DNA of 64,000 nucleotides from Diplonema japonicum (GCA_964019335.1 OZ025671.1:186001-250000), one strand, 5' to 3'. Shown: positions 9,801 to 23,343, counted from the stretch's first letter. Numbers and translations: made by a program. Notes: a model not told the origin generated them from the sequence alone.

Positions 9801-12800
9801 TCAACTTCTCGACACAATGGACCATTGTCGCACAAGTGTTTTCATGGCCTTCGCAGGGCTTGCACTTGTTAAAGCCTGTTGTTGTTATATTATTTTATTT
9901 TCCGACTTTTTCTCCCCCACTTTTTTCTTCATTTTTTTTCCAAACACAAACCTGCTGTGCCATGGCTACGTGTTCCGCAGGGAGGTTCCAGGTATTTTGC
10001 AGCGCGAGTAAGAAAGCATCGGCACCTGCTGCAGAGTTGAGAAACACATAGAGATTGGCGATCTCACCCACCACAGAATAGCACTTTGCGTCGGAGGGAC
10101 TGAACGAAGGCTGCTGGATAGTGTGGAGGGTCATCGGAACAACTTGCTGTGCAAGAAAGCCCGAGAACCCAGGCAGCGTAGTGTACCATGACATGGCCAT
10201 CTTGGTGATGATCTGATAACTGGTCTTCGCCACGTCCATCTCCGGATGAGAGACACACCCCCGTGACAGCGACTCCAGAACCATGTTCAGTGTGGGCTTC
10301 GACTTCTCTGTAAGGAACAAGTGGATGCACTCCGGCTGAGCCGCCTGGATCAACAGTGCGTAGTACGCCCTAAGAAGGTCGAGGTGTTCCCTCGCCTGCT
10401 CTGAGTGCATGATGCTCACCTTCCCCAACCACTCTACGCTCGTCAGTTCGAACACCTTTCCGATCAACGGGACGAACAGCCCGTCCACAACAGGCACAGC
10501 CTCCGCCTTCATGCGTTGCAAGAGTTGTGTAGGGACTCGCACCAGTTTGCACGCATCTGTGATATCGCAGCTTCCAGTCATCTGTTCCACCAATGGTGTG
10601 ATGTACACCAGGACACCCGTCCCCAGCAGGTCGATCATGCGGTGTACAAAGAGAAGTACCTTCTCCCGCACGGACTGCACGTGGGCATATGCCGCACCGC
10701 ATGCCATCACCGCATGGGCGATCTCCTTCCACGCCTCGACTACCTCCCTGTTGACGCGTCCCATTGCCGGTGCTGACAACCCGCTGAACCCCTTCGACAG
10801 GTACGCCAAGTACAGCACCGTGTTCGCCACGCTGACGCCATACGCATCGGAGCGTGCCTGCAGCGCTGTCGTCAGGTTCGCTAGTAGTGGGCTGCTCATC
10901 ACCTTCAGGTATTTTTGGCTTTCAGGCAGCTTCGCTTCATTCTGCGAGATCAGCACGCCCAGCGTTTCAAACAGCGCGCATTTGTCATTCAGCTCCAACC
11001 CACTCGACGCCAGCAGCCTCTCCACGTTGGCCATAATGACGTCCACGCTGTCGGTCATTAGCTGCTTCGCTGACTTTGCCAGCTGCGAGAACGTGGCACA
11101 AGCCTTAGCCTTGACCTTCGGGTGGGGGTTCGCGACACCGCTGGGGCCGAGCGTAAGCTGCAGCAGCTGCGGCCTCTTCTCAGGGTACTGGATAAAGTAC
11201 TGGTAGTAACGCTCAACGACCTCGAGGAACGCAAGAGAGACGGCCTGTGGTGCTGTGGTGGGTGTTGGGTGCCTCATACCTGGTGCGTGTGCTGAGAAGC
11301 GATGCTCGAATCGAACAAGTCTGTCATCGTCTTGCAGAAGATGTTGTCAGTTTGTTTAAACAGAGCGCCTTTCGAGGTGCCGAGCTCCTGTGGTGGGTTG
11401 TATTAAATCCTGATGTGCATACCTCACCGAAGGTGTAGAGGATGCGCAGTGTGGCTTCCACCTGTGACCATGTGGGGCTTCCTGCAATGCAGGAGTTCAC
11501 ACGCTCAACGATCATGCGCATGACCATGTCTCTGTCCAGGGCTGCGATGTTCCTGAAGACGATGAGCAGCTGCTTCCGTAGCAATGTGACTGTGTTCTCG
11601 TAGTCGCTGGGTTGGTCGAAGTTGTAGGCGACCTGGTGGTACTCCAGCCTAGTCACCACGATGTTGAGGATGGACGGCAGGTGGCTGCGCGACAAGGCTG
11701 GCTCGGGGTGCTTCTTAAGCAGCTCGACGTACTTCCTGATGGAGTACTCGCAGACTTTCAACGAGATGCCGGAGTGGCCGCAGGAGAGGAGTTCGTAAAG
11801 CATCGGCAGGCATGTCTGCAGCATGTTCAAAGCGGTCGAGGCGGCGGGGCTAGGGCCCTGGGTCAGCATGCTGCCGAGGACGTCAATGAGCTCGAGGCAC
11901 ACCACCTGGCAGAGGTCTGTAACACGCGAGAGGAAGCCGTTCCCGTCGTCGAAGGACTCGTCACCTGCTGCGAGCATGGGACGCACTTGAATCATGGTCT
12001 GCGAGACCATCCCTGGCATGCAGTCTGTGACTCTAAGAGACTGCAGCAGTTGCAGCTTGGAGCTTGTATCTGCGATTTTCTTCTCGCACAGCTCCACGAT
12101 GCAGCCGATGGCATCGTCACGTAGATCGACACGTCCCACGAAGTGATACAGCATGTTGATCCAGTCGTCAGAGGACACAAGCGTGATGTCGATCCACGCG
12201 AAGTAGGGGCACATGACCTGCATGCACTGCCTTGTGAGGTCGGGGTGGGACTCATGATACTGAGAGAGGATGTGGTACCAGGTGTTCGTGATTTGTGGGA
12301 TGCATGTGAGACGCATGGTGTCCTTGATGAGAGTGTCCCGTGCACGCACATCGGAGTCGCGTTGGTCGCGCAGGTTGTCGACGATGTAGTTGTCGATGGC
12401 GTCAAGGGTGCGGAGCCAGAGGTCGATGAGCTGCATGCCTTTGGGAAGCAAGGCAAAGATCTCGTCGAAGAAGCTTCCCCACCTTGTGGGGTACCCGGAG
12501 TGCTGGAAGGCGATGACAAGAAGCTGCGCGAATTTGTTTTGAACAAATTGCATTTTTTGAAGGTCTAGATGCGGGCAGACCTCGGCTGCGAACGACATCA
12601 TTGCAGCCTCGAACTGTGTTTTTTCGCTGTCGGGAAGGGAGGCGTAGACACCCCCGCCGATGAGCTCCAGCAGCACCCCGCAACACCAGAAGATCTCCGT
12701 CGCCTCAAAAGATTCTTTAGGGCGGCGGAGGATAGAAAGACAGAATTCCCATATCCTGGGGTTTCTCTTCAAAGACCCTAGGTACTGTTCGGCTTCGGCC

Positions 12801-12973
12801 CGAAGAGCCACTGCCGACTGCGATGCGATACTTCTCGTCGTGATACTAGGGTCGAGAGCCACCCTCACTGCCCTGGAGAAATCACTGAAACCTTCCATGT
12901 CCGCACCACCAGGGGAGTGAAAGGTAACTGTCGAGCCACCACTACCGGGTGGGGTCACTTGTGGCGTGCACAT
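9801..12973 (-). CDS. XPOT: Exportin-T / Los1 tRNA export receptor (~1008 aa; introns 11388-11422, 11245-11279, 9876-9951)
   Basis: FVQNKFAQLLV...YPTRWGSFF, IKDTMR, FAWIDITLV, WSQVEATLRILYTFGE, AVSLAFLEVVERY, GVANPHPKVKAKAC. Three GT-AG introns (35, 35, 76 nt) restore one continuous frame. Confidence 0.9.
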
Positions 12974-13747
12974 GTTGTTCAACAATGTACAGGGACGGGA
13001 CAAAGAAAGAAGTGAAGATTAAGATGCTAACCGAAAGACGACGGTGGGGGGGGGGGGGGGGGGGGATGTAGAAGTGAGAGATGCCTTTGAGATGCTATGA
13101 ACTGGGGTAACCATTCACTACTTTGCTAAAACATTTAGTATTTTCTTTTTTTTTTTTGAGTGTGCTTCCTTTTTATTTTTCTTTTTAAAAAAACAAAAAA
13201 CCTCTCCCTGCAACAAAAAAAAACACAAATAATACTAAAAAATGATGGGAAATAAAAAAAATTGGGGGAAAAAAGAAAAACCTGAACGCATTGCAAAAAA
13301 AAAAAAAAAAAAAAAAAAGAAAAAAAAGGGTACGCCTCTTAGCAAGACACAAGTACACACTAGTGGCTGTCGGAGTGGATAAAAATAAAGGGGTAATTCA
13401 TTTAGTACCCAAAAAAAGTATCTTTTTTTAAAAATTCACCATCTACCCAAAATAGGTTTTTTGGGTATTTTTGGTTCTAGGGGCCGTGAGCAGGCTGCAC
13501 ATCGCTGCAAATATGGCCATTTTGGCATCAAATGCCACCCACAACTTCCCATCGGGAGGCAGGCTCAAAAAAAAAAAAAAAAGAAATACTATTTTTCAGT
13601 GATATCTGATGGGCCCACAGACTCCAAAAAACCGGTTTTAAGTGAACTACCCCAAAAATTTAAAAAAAAAAAAAAAAAAGCAAAATGGAAAATAAAATGG
13701 GGAGGGGGGGAATGATGTCTCTACTTATTTTTCTTGTCTTTTTTTTT

Positions 13748-15193
13748 TTAAATCTTCTTCACACCGCTAATGTCCCCAGCAGATCTCACCGATTTAGCCG
13801 ATTTCTTAACCACCTTGAAGTCAGCCACGCTCCTCACGGCTCCAGTGGTAGTGTGCGCAATCCGCCCGATCCCCCCACCGAGCACAGAGGTCTTCTCCAC
13901 AGATGCACCTTGCATCCACGTTCGAACTTTTGACTTCACACCATTCCATCCAGTTTTTTGAATTTCCTATTTTTGAAAAAAAAAAAAAAATTAAAAATCC
14001 GTTAAATTTTCCATCAATTGTAATATACCATATTGCTCCTTGGTGCCTGCTGGATGCTGGGAATTTGGAAATAACGTCTGAAGGCCCCTGAACGGAGCAG
14101 CAAAGGAGGCATTATACCCCACACGGCCGACACCACGAACCCAAGAAGAACACCGGCAGAGTTCCCAGCGAAAATGTACATCCCCACAGCGCCCATGCAA
14201 CGGCCTCCCCATCGCTGGAGAACGTAGTACTTTGACTTAGTAGGCATGGACTGGGAAAGGGTCATCTCAGTGCCTGTTACAATGAGGACGTAGGCTATGC
14301 AAATTAGAGCGCCAGAGGGGTCGGCAGCCGACAGGTCTTTGAACCACAAAAACCCGCCCTCTTTCACACCTGGCTCATCCATAATGAGCCTCCTCACACA
14401 GTAGAACACCAACCCGAACGGGACCACGGCAGCTAACGACAGAAAGCTCAGCCATTCTTTGAAACCCCCTTTCTCGCAAACCGCTTTGATCCTAGCATCG
14501 TAGTTGTTCTTCACCAACGCACGCTCCTTGTCCGTCAGCGTGGAGTTCTGGAGCGCGCTTTGCTTCTGCTGCTTCAGCACGCCCAGCTCGGTCGTATACT
14601 GGGCTGTTTTTTTTTTTTTTTTTTTTTTTTTTTTTGTTTTTCATTTCTCCTTAATACATACACATTCTAATTGCATTTCGCGATGCGATGAGCTGGACAG
14701 GCAGCAGGGCGAATCGAATTGTACTGGACACCAACACAATGCACATCCACCATTCGAAGCCCAAATCGTGCAGCCCGTACAGGCCTCGGTTTATCCACCT
14801 GAACGGGGAGACCACGTCGAGCACCGTGTCCCACAAGCCGTCTACCTGCTCGAAGAAGGTGAGCTCTGGTTCTTCGTACTGAGAAGCGTCGTCCCTTATA
14901 ATGTTCTGAAGATCTTCTAGTTCCTGCTTTTCGAGTTCTTCAAGGGTGGTGGCAGAGGTGGAGGTAGTTGTGGTTGTTGTGGGGGTGGGGGTGGTGGTGG
15001 TGGTGGTGGCTGCCTCGGAGATGTCTTCTTTCTTTGCGAACGGATTCAAACTTCCTAAACTAAACATTCTAACTTGCAGCGGTGCCTCTCCCCGTGACAG
15101 TGCGCCCCACCGAACGGCACCCCCCACCAACCCCATTTGAGTCTGTGTCACTCCAGGCCTTATCAACCGCCTTAAGCCCCTGCCGCGGAGCAT
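13748..15193 (-). CDS. Mitochondrial Oxa1/Cox18/YidC-family insertase (441 aa; introns 14604-14661, 13967-14028)
   Basis: Arg-rich N-terminal presequence; LHDLGFEWWMCIVLVSSTIRFALLP; GGFLWFKDLSAADP. Two introns restore the frame. Confidence 0.85.
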
Positions 15194-15796
15194 TTCTTGT
15201 CCGTGTTATTAATCTACTCCTTTTTGTTGTTTGTGTGTGAAGATTTAAAAAAAAATAAATAAAATCAAGCAGGCCGGTGTTGGTGGGCGCCTGAAGAAAA
15301 ATAAACTATGAGAGAGGATACTAGAAGGGCAAAACCGAAAATCTACGTGGGGCACAAAAAAAATGGAATGAGAAAAAAAAATACAAGAAACATGTATGAA
15401 ACTGACCAGCTTTAGAAATACTAAATTCGAGAAAGTCTTTTTCACGATGATGACGCAGTACGGTGCCGACCACGACTTCCTCCTGTTTCTTTTTTGACTA
15501 TGTGAAATGAAATAAAAACCCCTCCCAAGAAATGCATGCATTCCTGTAGCTGGACTGTTTCATATACCAGGGCCCATCCCCAGGCGCTCCCTAAGGGTCT
15601 TTTTATTTTTTCATCATTCTCATCGTCATCGTGCTTTTGGGTTAGAACGAAACTTCGGTATGAATCCATTGTTCGGGAAGTGGAGGAGAAATACAAGTCT
15701 TCCCTTTCTTTTTTTTAAAACAGTCAGCGGGTGCTCGACCCTTTGAGGGGAGCAGTCCCTTTATGTCCTTTTTTCTCCAAAGCGCTTTCCATCTTC

Positions 15797-15903
15797 CTAG
15801 CCTTTTTTTTTCAATCCTGCATCTTCCATCTGTTTTACTCGCTTCATAAATGCAATGGCACGTTCATGCCTGCGGCAATAGCTGTGGAAGTGGGTGTGGT
15901 GTG

Positions 15904-15936
<33 letters not shown>

Positions 15937-16356
15937 TATTTCCCCTTGATCCCCTCGATTCCTCGTTCAACGGATGGACCCATACATGTTCAGAAAAGAC
16001 GTGAGGCACATCCGCTCATGCATGGGCATGCAAAGGTTTGTGAACAACTGCTGTCTTGCTCTGTTATCCATCAACAACAAAGCGTTGCGCGTAGCACCTC
16101 GAGAATAAAACTGCTTCCAACAAGGCAGGCGGCACCTCTCACACTTAGCACGCGAAAGAAACCTGCACAGCTCCTGCTGCTCCTTCGAGCGTGGCATGGC
16201 TTCCGTGCTCCGAACCCTCATACGGCCTAAGCTGTCCGTCAGCCCCTGTATCGTCATCAAGCTGAACGCAGTTTCTCTCTGTTCAGCCTTTCCCGATGTC
16301 TTGTCATCGCTGCACCCCGTTCCAAGGCTAAACGGCTCCCCCATGGTGGTGTCCAT
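15797..16356 (-). CDS. Hypothetical protein (~151 aa; intron 15882-15985)
   Basis: ATG directly after an A-run; a GTATGG...(A)n...CCACAG intron joins FLN(I) to YCRRHERAIAFMKRVKQMEDAGLKKKG*. The C-terminus depends on the length of a 9-nt homopolymer. Confidence 0.55.
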
Positions 16357-16468
16357 ATTCTTTTTTTTTTTTTTTTTTTTTTTTTTCTCGTTCTTCTCCC
16401 CTCTCTTCCTATTGACAATTTTTAAAAATATTTTGTTAGGAGGTAAGGAGAAGGAGGGACTGCCTGTA

Positions 16469-19400
16469 TCAGTCGTCGTCCCTGTTAACCTCAAGGTAAG
16501 CATGCCCCCCTCGACTCCTCCAATACCAATGCCCGACACTCAAAAGAAAACCCATCAACAAGGCAGCGACATGAGCCACAGTTGTTATCGCATCAGACGT
16601 CACAGCGTAGTACACATCAGTGGACAAGAGGAGCAAGCCTGACACAACGACAAGGCGAGTCTCAACAACCGAAGACTTGAAAACACCTTGCTTGAGGTCA
16701 TAGGCAAGATGGCCCCACATGCTGTTCCACACAATGCTGATACCTGTGCAGCCTTCGATAAGGCACAGCCCGATTTGAAATGCCCATAGATATGCAAAAA
16801 CGCTGAACCACCAAAACAGGAGGCAACTGGTCTCGCCACGTATCATGTGTAAGACGGGAGCCACTAGCATCGCTGCCAACATCGTGTAATTGATGGCAAT
16901 GTCAGTCCCGCAGCCGTCGTAGGTTAGAATATCCTGCACGGTCATGGTGATGGATTGCCTATCTACGGGGGTTTTGTCGTTTTTGGGGAAGAAATCTGAA
17001 AGACAAAAAAAAAATAATAAGTTAGTGCAGCTTACTGTGTAAAACGCTGAAGTAAGAGAGTAGCTCATCCTTGCCAAGCCCCTCTTCGGCGGGGTGCTCC
17101 AAAAACGGGATGTGAAACTTCTTCGGTGTGCAGCTTGTAAAAGTTTGCAGAGCGCTGTTCACCAACTGGGCATCGTTGGTGAAGTGATAGAGCTGAGTCG
17201 ATGTAACTACATTTGAAGGTGGGATGATGAAGTAAGAGGCTGCAAGTTGAAAAATCTCGTACCACGCGTTCAGGGTGAGCCAGTGCGTGTGGTTGTACAC
17301 CTTCAGCTCGTTCGGAAAGATGCGTACGACATGCTCCCTGTCGATCATGCAGGACTCTACGAAGTTGCTTTTGTTTGTGTATCCATCGGGCGCGAAATCG
17401 TAGAAAGAGTTCATTAAGCTGCCCACTCGCCACACCATCTTCCTGAATAAAGAAACGCTGTACTCAATGGCCACGCCTTCGGGAAGGATCGAGAACAAGC
17501 CCTTTGTCCACAGGCAGGGGGAATCCATGGATGTTGTGTGGCGAAACCGCATCTGCGTTTCTAAGTAACACACCGCAGCCAGTTTCTCGGCAGCAAAGAC
17601 GTCAACATCCTTGCCAATAGCGTAGCTCACCGCACGCCAGAACAACCCCTTGTCGCATTCTGCCACACACCCGTTCCATCGCAGGTCTCCTGTATACAGA
17701 TCATACACCCTTGTGTCGATATTTCTAAATTCGTCTTCTGCTGAATCTTCGATGTACACTGTTTCGCACGACCTGATGAAGAGGTGTACTTTTTCTGAGT
17801 TTGACAGTTTGAATTCTGGGTTTATGGATCGGTATTCCGCCATGATGGGCTGCCAGTCCCACAGTGTGTCATTCAGCATTGTGGTCTCTTCGTCCGGCTG
17901 CATCATATGAACACTGAGGTTGTTCTCTTCGAGGAAGGCGCACAGTTCCTCTGTTCCATCGGACTGGAACAGGCTGTTGAGGTACATCATGTGCAGGACT
18001 GCGTCTAATGACCTGAAGAACGGTGCGTTCAGGAAGGCTGTCGCGCACTCTCCTAAAGGCACACCGACCGCCTGGAGAAGCTGCTCGGTTTTTCTTTGTG
18101 TTCCCTTCTGTGAAGCTTCGTCACACAATAGTTCCCACGGATGTTCCTTGCACAGCTTTAACTCGCAGACCGCCTCATACATGGACAGTAACTTCTCCGC
18201 CCAATCATTTCCCAAGCACTTCATCACGTAAGTCTCTAAACGACCCCCCTTACACCCCGTCAAGATACCTGCGTCTACTGCCACTGCCACCGTGTTCGCG
18301 TTCTCCATCATCTTCCGCTGCGGTGACATGTACAAGATATCTGCAAGATTTTGGTACGACTGTTGCGGCTTCCGTCTTAGCATCCGGATGAGCATTGGGT
18401 CGCACAGAGAATTACTAGCAGCGGCGTCGTGTAGCCTTTGGAGAGTGCAGCATTGTGACCACATGCACATGTAATGCCCTGCAGTTTCCATGGTCTCTAT
18501 ATTAAGCCATTTGCACAGTACAGGGAGCAAAACGGCTGTTATATCGCAGCTAACAAGCTCCTCGCACACAAGGTGTTTCAATATCTTGCGCGAGTCATGC
18601 TTGTCTTCCGCATTCTCAAAAGCGACAAGCAGCCCTTCCACATCGTTACATAGCTTCACAATGTTGTGCTCAACTCTGTTCCCTTCTATCTCGGCTACGT
18701 TCCATAAGGATGTTATGAACGCTGATCTTTCTTTATTGCTCTCTTGCACTAGAGAGGGGAATATTTCGATTATTCTTTCGTAGCACTCGTAAGGCGTCAT
18801 GTTGGGCTGCAGGGAGATTCGCAACTTGAGGCACATCACAGGAATGCTTTGTGAGAGCTTTCGTATGACGAGGTAGTCACGGAAGCGGCACATATCGAAC
18901 GGTTTGACCCCTGCGCTCTCCACGAAACCAATCAGCTCGTTGCAATCCTCTTCGTTATCGATGCCCACCAGCTGCTGCATACACGCAAAGTTTGATACTC
19001 GGCTCCGTTCTAATTTAGATTTCTCCACCACCACGTCTATCAGGGTCCGCAGCAGGTTATGCAGCGTGTAAGGGACATTCATGTCGATAACCTCGTTCAG
19101 TTCCGATTCCTCGAGATCCAGACCGCAGGTGGCGAGGAGCTGCGCAGACCATGTGTCGTTCAGACGGAATTCCGTGAAGCAGTTGTAAAGAACCTTCAAC
19201 ATGGTGAACACGATTTCTTTCAATGGCGGCTGCAGCACGCCGTACATAGTGCGCGTCAGGTGGTGCAACATAAGCCCGTCCACCTCATAGAAATTAGGTA
19301 GGCAGTGTGCCACATCGTCCCACGTTGTGCTTGCAACGAAGGTTATGTAGCTGTATGGGGTGTCGACGCAGAAGTGCTCGGAGGCGAAGTAGCAGTCCTT

Positions 19401-20027
19401 TCCTTCGGCGATCTTGCACAAGGCGGCATATGTCCCGCTTGCCCGGATTGTGTCGAACAGCATGGCGACGTACGGTCCAGTCTCCCTCGTGACATCCTCC
19501 AGGTGGCTGACATCAACGGTTTTAGCCAGTTTTTCTTCAAGAGAGATATAGTCCTTCACAAGGCACCAGGCACGGAGGGCAGCGTCGTAGTCGATGAAGG
19601 TAGGCAGCTTGCTGGTTATCTCGCAATGCACCGGATCACCTGTTTTCAGATGTTTCATCCCGAAATCTTGCAAAAGTTTCATGAACTCCTTACCTCCAGC
19701 GCCGTTGGGTATTTCGCCCAAGGTCCACCCTCTCACAGCAGGCCACGATTTTGCAAACTGCCCGGATACTAGTGAGAGTACTTGGCTCACGGCAGAATGC
19801 GCCTTATCCGGTGGCAGGCGTCGTTTTCCCACAACAGTCTTGACCTTCTCCCATGTCTTCTCTTCGATTGTGTAAAGCGTGCCGAGGTTCTTCTCCAGTA
19901 CACCGTTCACAGCATCGACGGTCACGTTCTTGCCGTGTTTTTTGTAAAGTGTTGCTAGAGCGCTTGATATTTGTGTGCTTGCCTTTGTCGGCACTTTTAT
20001 CTTCGAATTTCTGATCTCCGCCTCCAT
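16469..20027 (-). CDS. Large uncharacterised protein, probably spliced (intron 16996-17035) onto a C-terminal rhomboid-like membrane domain; alternatively two genes (17022-20027 and 16469-16945)
   Basis: 1001-aa ORF ends at GTAAGC-CTAAC-polyT-TTTCAG (40 nt), whose removal fuses it in frame to a hydrophobic domain with CTGIS and AHVAALLMGFLL motifs. Confidence 0.65.
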
Positions 20028-20119
20028 CTCCCGCTTGCTGTCGTGGTGTCGACGGAGCCGCGGAGAAAAAGAAAAACAAGAAAAAAAAGGTTATAAAAAA
20101 AAAAAAGGTCGTTTTCTTT

Positions 20120-21395
20120 TTAGGACCTTCGGGCCATTGTGTCCGCCTTCTGCACGAGCCTCATGAGAAGCTTCTTCTGCGAGAGACGGAAGGTGACGAT
20201 CATGCGCATACGGAAGCTTGTAGAAGGTTCCGAGAGGACAGCGTGGTCCTCCCTGCGGATAGAAAATAAAAACCATATTCTTCCCCCCCTCTCCATATCC
20301 ATACCGTGGTGTTGTGTGATACTTTTCAAGCTCCTTATGAAGGATGTCTATGAGAAGACTGAAAGGGTCGCCCTTAGAGGCGATGCGAAGCGCTGCTATG
20401 AACTGAGGGGGGAAAGGTTTAAGCGACGTGAGGCAGTATTGGGTAGAAGGATCGTGGTTAGAGGCTCGCAAGGACTTCCTCACAGCAGTGGTGAGCTTTT
20501 TGCTGACATGTGACAACGATACATCAACACAGTCCTGGCTGTTCTCCTCCAATGCGAACCCATGGTGCAAGAAATAAATGTAGTTCCGCTGCCCGTAATT
20601 CTCGAAAACCTGTTCTCCAGACGAGAAGCTCCAAGCGGCGTATGTGTTTGCAAAGCCGCTCATGTCTTTTGTTGTGTGGATCTTGTTTGGGTCAGGGCCC
20701 TCTTTGCAGTTGACCATATCAAGAAATGGTACAAAATTAGGCCTTCCGCCCACCCATATACTCCTTGTGTTGTAGATGCTCTGTGCCCACTCAAACATCT
20801 CCCACGTCACGTCAATGGGAAGAAAGAAATCTTTCCTTTTAAGAGTGCGGAATGTGTTTCTCCATTGCCTGGTGTCTTCAATGGTCTTATCCTCGATGTC
20901 CGTTCCCTTCAGTTCGGAAAATTCCGACTTCGAGTAGAAGTGTGGGGTGTCCATCACCGTTGGTATGGTGTTGATGTAAGGGTGGTAGAAGGAGTTCTTC
21001 CCCTTTACAAACTTCTCGCTGAGGAGGAATATAATCAGCCTTGTGCTTTCCTGGACGTTGGCCGTGGCTTTGTACAGACCCGGGTCCATTTCTTTCATGT
21101 TTTGCACGGATAGAAGCAGTTTTTTCGGGATTTTTAGGTAAAGCTCGCCTTCTCGGATCTTCTGGGTTGCGTAGACACCCCATGCACCACCTGTTTCTTG
21201 GGCGCCCCGGACCTCGAGTTTCAGTTTCTCTCCGTCTTTCTCATAGTTTTCTTTGAACCACGCGTTGAAGTACGCTATTCGTGTGGGGTCGTTCTCTGTC
21301 TGGCCTGTCACGTAGCCCTTTTTTAAACCATTGCCGCTGGGCAGCTGCGTCAACGTGGAGATGGCTACCAGTAGTGTAATGACTGGCTTCGCCAT
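20120..21395 (-). CDS. SET-domain methyltransferase, Rubisco-LSMT/SETD3-like (407 aa; intron 20253-20304)
   Basis: WGVYATQKIREGELYLKIP, SFYHPYINTIP, FEWAQSIYNTRS, VPFLDMVN, GEQVFENYG, HGFA. Splicing gives the TTPREDHAVL...FRLSQKKLL substrate-binding tail. Confidence 0.85.
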
Positions 21396-22544
21396 TTTCT
21401 TTTTCTTTTCTTTTTTCTTTTAAAAATTCACAGTTTTTATTTCCCTTAGTTGTGAAAAAGTCGTGTTTCAGCAAGAAAATTGGACTCTGATTCCAAAGAC
21501 ACCAATATTCCCCATTGATATGGCGCCCGGCCCGCAGCGGAGAACCTCCGGAAATCCGTAGTTACCCAGACCCAATAAGTTGTAATTTTCGGGCGCAATA
21601 TAAAAAAAAAAAAAAAAGAAACACAGTTGTGGTAGTGAGGGAAGAAAAAAAAAAAAGAAGAAATCTTTCAGAAAAAAAATGGGGGGTGGTGGGGTGTGGG
21701 GGGAAAGGATTCATTTAAACTTTGTCTTTCTCTCTCTCTTTTTTCTTTTCAAAACCTTAGGAGGGGGGGGGGAGGGTTTTCCCCCCCCCACCCTTAGAGT
21801 TCTTTTGAGCGCTACCGTTAAAAAGACGCTGTGTTACTATTGCTGTTGCTGTTGTTGTTTTTGCTCTTCCTTTTCCTTTTTTAGTTCCCCTCTCCCCATT
21901 TATTTCTTCTTTTTTTCTTTTTTTTCTCTTTCCTTCTTCTCCAATCCTTTTCCGAAAATTTAAATAGAACAATGAAAAGCGACAGGTGAAGACCACGTAA
22001 AAGAAAACGAAAAAAAAAAAAAGAAGAAAACAAATTGCAATGTATCTCCAAGCTAGTGGCTAGGGTTGGAAGAACCACTCCTCTTCTGTGCTGAATGCTG
22101 CTCACATTGCAAAGTACAAGACAGGAAGGGAGGTTTGGCTTTTGGAGTAATTTTAGACTAACGTGTAATGAACCTCAGTATTACCTTATTAGCAGTAAAT
22201 AACTATTCTTTTTACAAAGACCCCGGAGCGGCATTCCAACAACACACTAGAGATACGGAGCAGTACAAAAAAAAAGGGGGGTTTGTCAATCTCTTGTAAA
22301 GGGGGAAGGGACTTTCTTTTTTTTTTTCTTTTTTTTTTTTTTTAAATTCCCACCTAGATCAAAGGGGAACAGATGACGGAGGATCGATTGATTAGCAATC
22401 GTTGAATTTTGTGTTCTTTTTTTTTTTTTTTCCCTTCCCCCCCTTATTTTTTATTCTCAATGACAATGCGAGGAAGGAGAAAAAAAATTAATAAGAGGAT
22501 TGAACGGGAAGGCCGGGGGGGGGGGGAGGGACTGTTTCAGAACC

Positions 22545-22576
<32 letters not shown>

Positions 22577-22642
22577 CAACACTCGAGCAACAAATTAAAG
22601 TTCAATTTTCTTTTCCCCTTTTTTTTCCTCGTTCCAAACCAC

Positions 22643-23343
22643 TCAGCTGAACAGTGCAAGTAGCTGCTCTTTCCGGGTGCCAACCGTGTTGGGGTCGCCA
22701 GTAACATCGCCGAAAACTCCTTGAGGGGACGTTGGGCTGGTCATTGAGGAACAATTCGTGCCCTGTCTGTCCAAATCACTTTCAGAGCCGGTGCTCTCAG
22801 AGTCCTCTACAACAGCCTTCTTCTCTTTTTTCCGAGATTTCTTCTCGCTTGTTCGTCCGTCCCGTTTCTTCGACTCCCGTTTCAGCCAAGATTTAAATGT
22901 TGGTGGTTTCTTAGAACCACATGACTCCATTCGTGCATACTTCCCCTTTATAACCTCTATTACCACCTGGTCATCTGTGTTCTCTGCAGGCCGACACACT
23001 CCCTTCTTAGGTTTTGCTTCCAGGTACTTTTTTTTATTTTTATTTTTTTGTTTGGGTGTTGGTGGCATACCTCCCTCGCCCTTTCGTTCCCCATCTTGTC
23101 CATCCATCTGACCTCGTCAGGCCCCCACTTGTCCAGGTTTAAGCTCTTCACTTTTGAAATGTGGGTTCCCAAATTTCTGTGAATCCCGGAGCACCTGATG
23201 CACACGAAAATCCCCCAGTTGACGACAGCCCAACGGGGTGCGTTTGCAGAGCAGTCCATACACTCCGAGTTCCCAGAATCTTTGGTCATGGAAATGAGGA
23301 GGCTGCTGAGCTGCTCTGGGGTTGAGTCCGGGTTAATCTTCAT
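22643..23343 (-). CDS. ArfGAP zinc-finger protein (218 aa; intron 23027-23070)
   Basis: NSECMDC...PRWAVVNWGIFVCIRCSGIHRNLGTHISKVKSLNLDKW...MGNERA. A 44-nt intron ending in an A-run plus AG restores REYLEAK...KY. Confidence 0.9.

Noticed and set aside
11245-11422. Programmed frameshifting or pseudogenisation of exportin-T, CFAP61, Oxa1 and the ankyrin gene
   Set aside because: Short GT-AG introns restore the frame and conserved motifs in every case.
15442-15696. 84-aa minus-strand ORF (likewise a 56-codon ORF near 47899-48069)
   Set aside because: Short, no motif, no clear splice connection to neighbouring genes.
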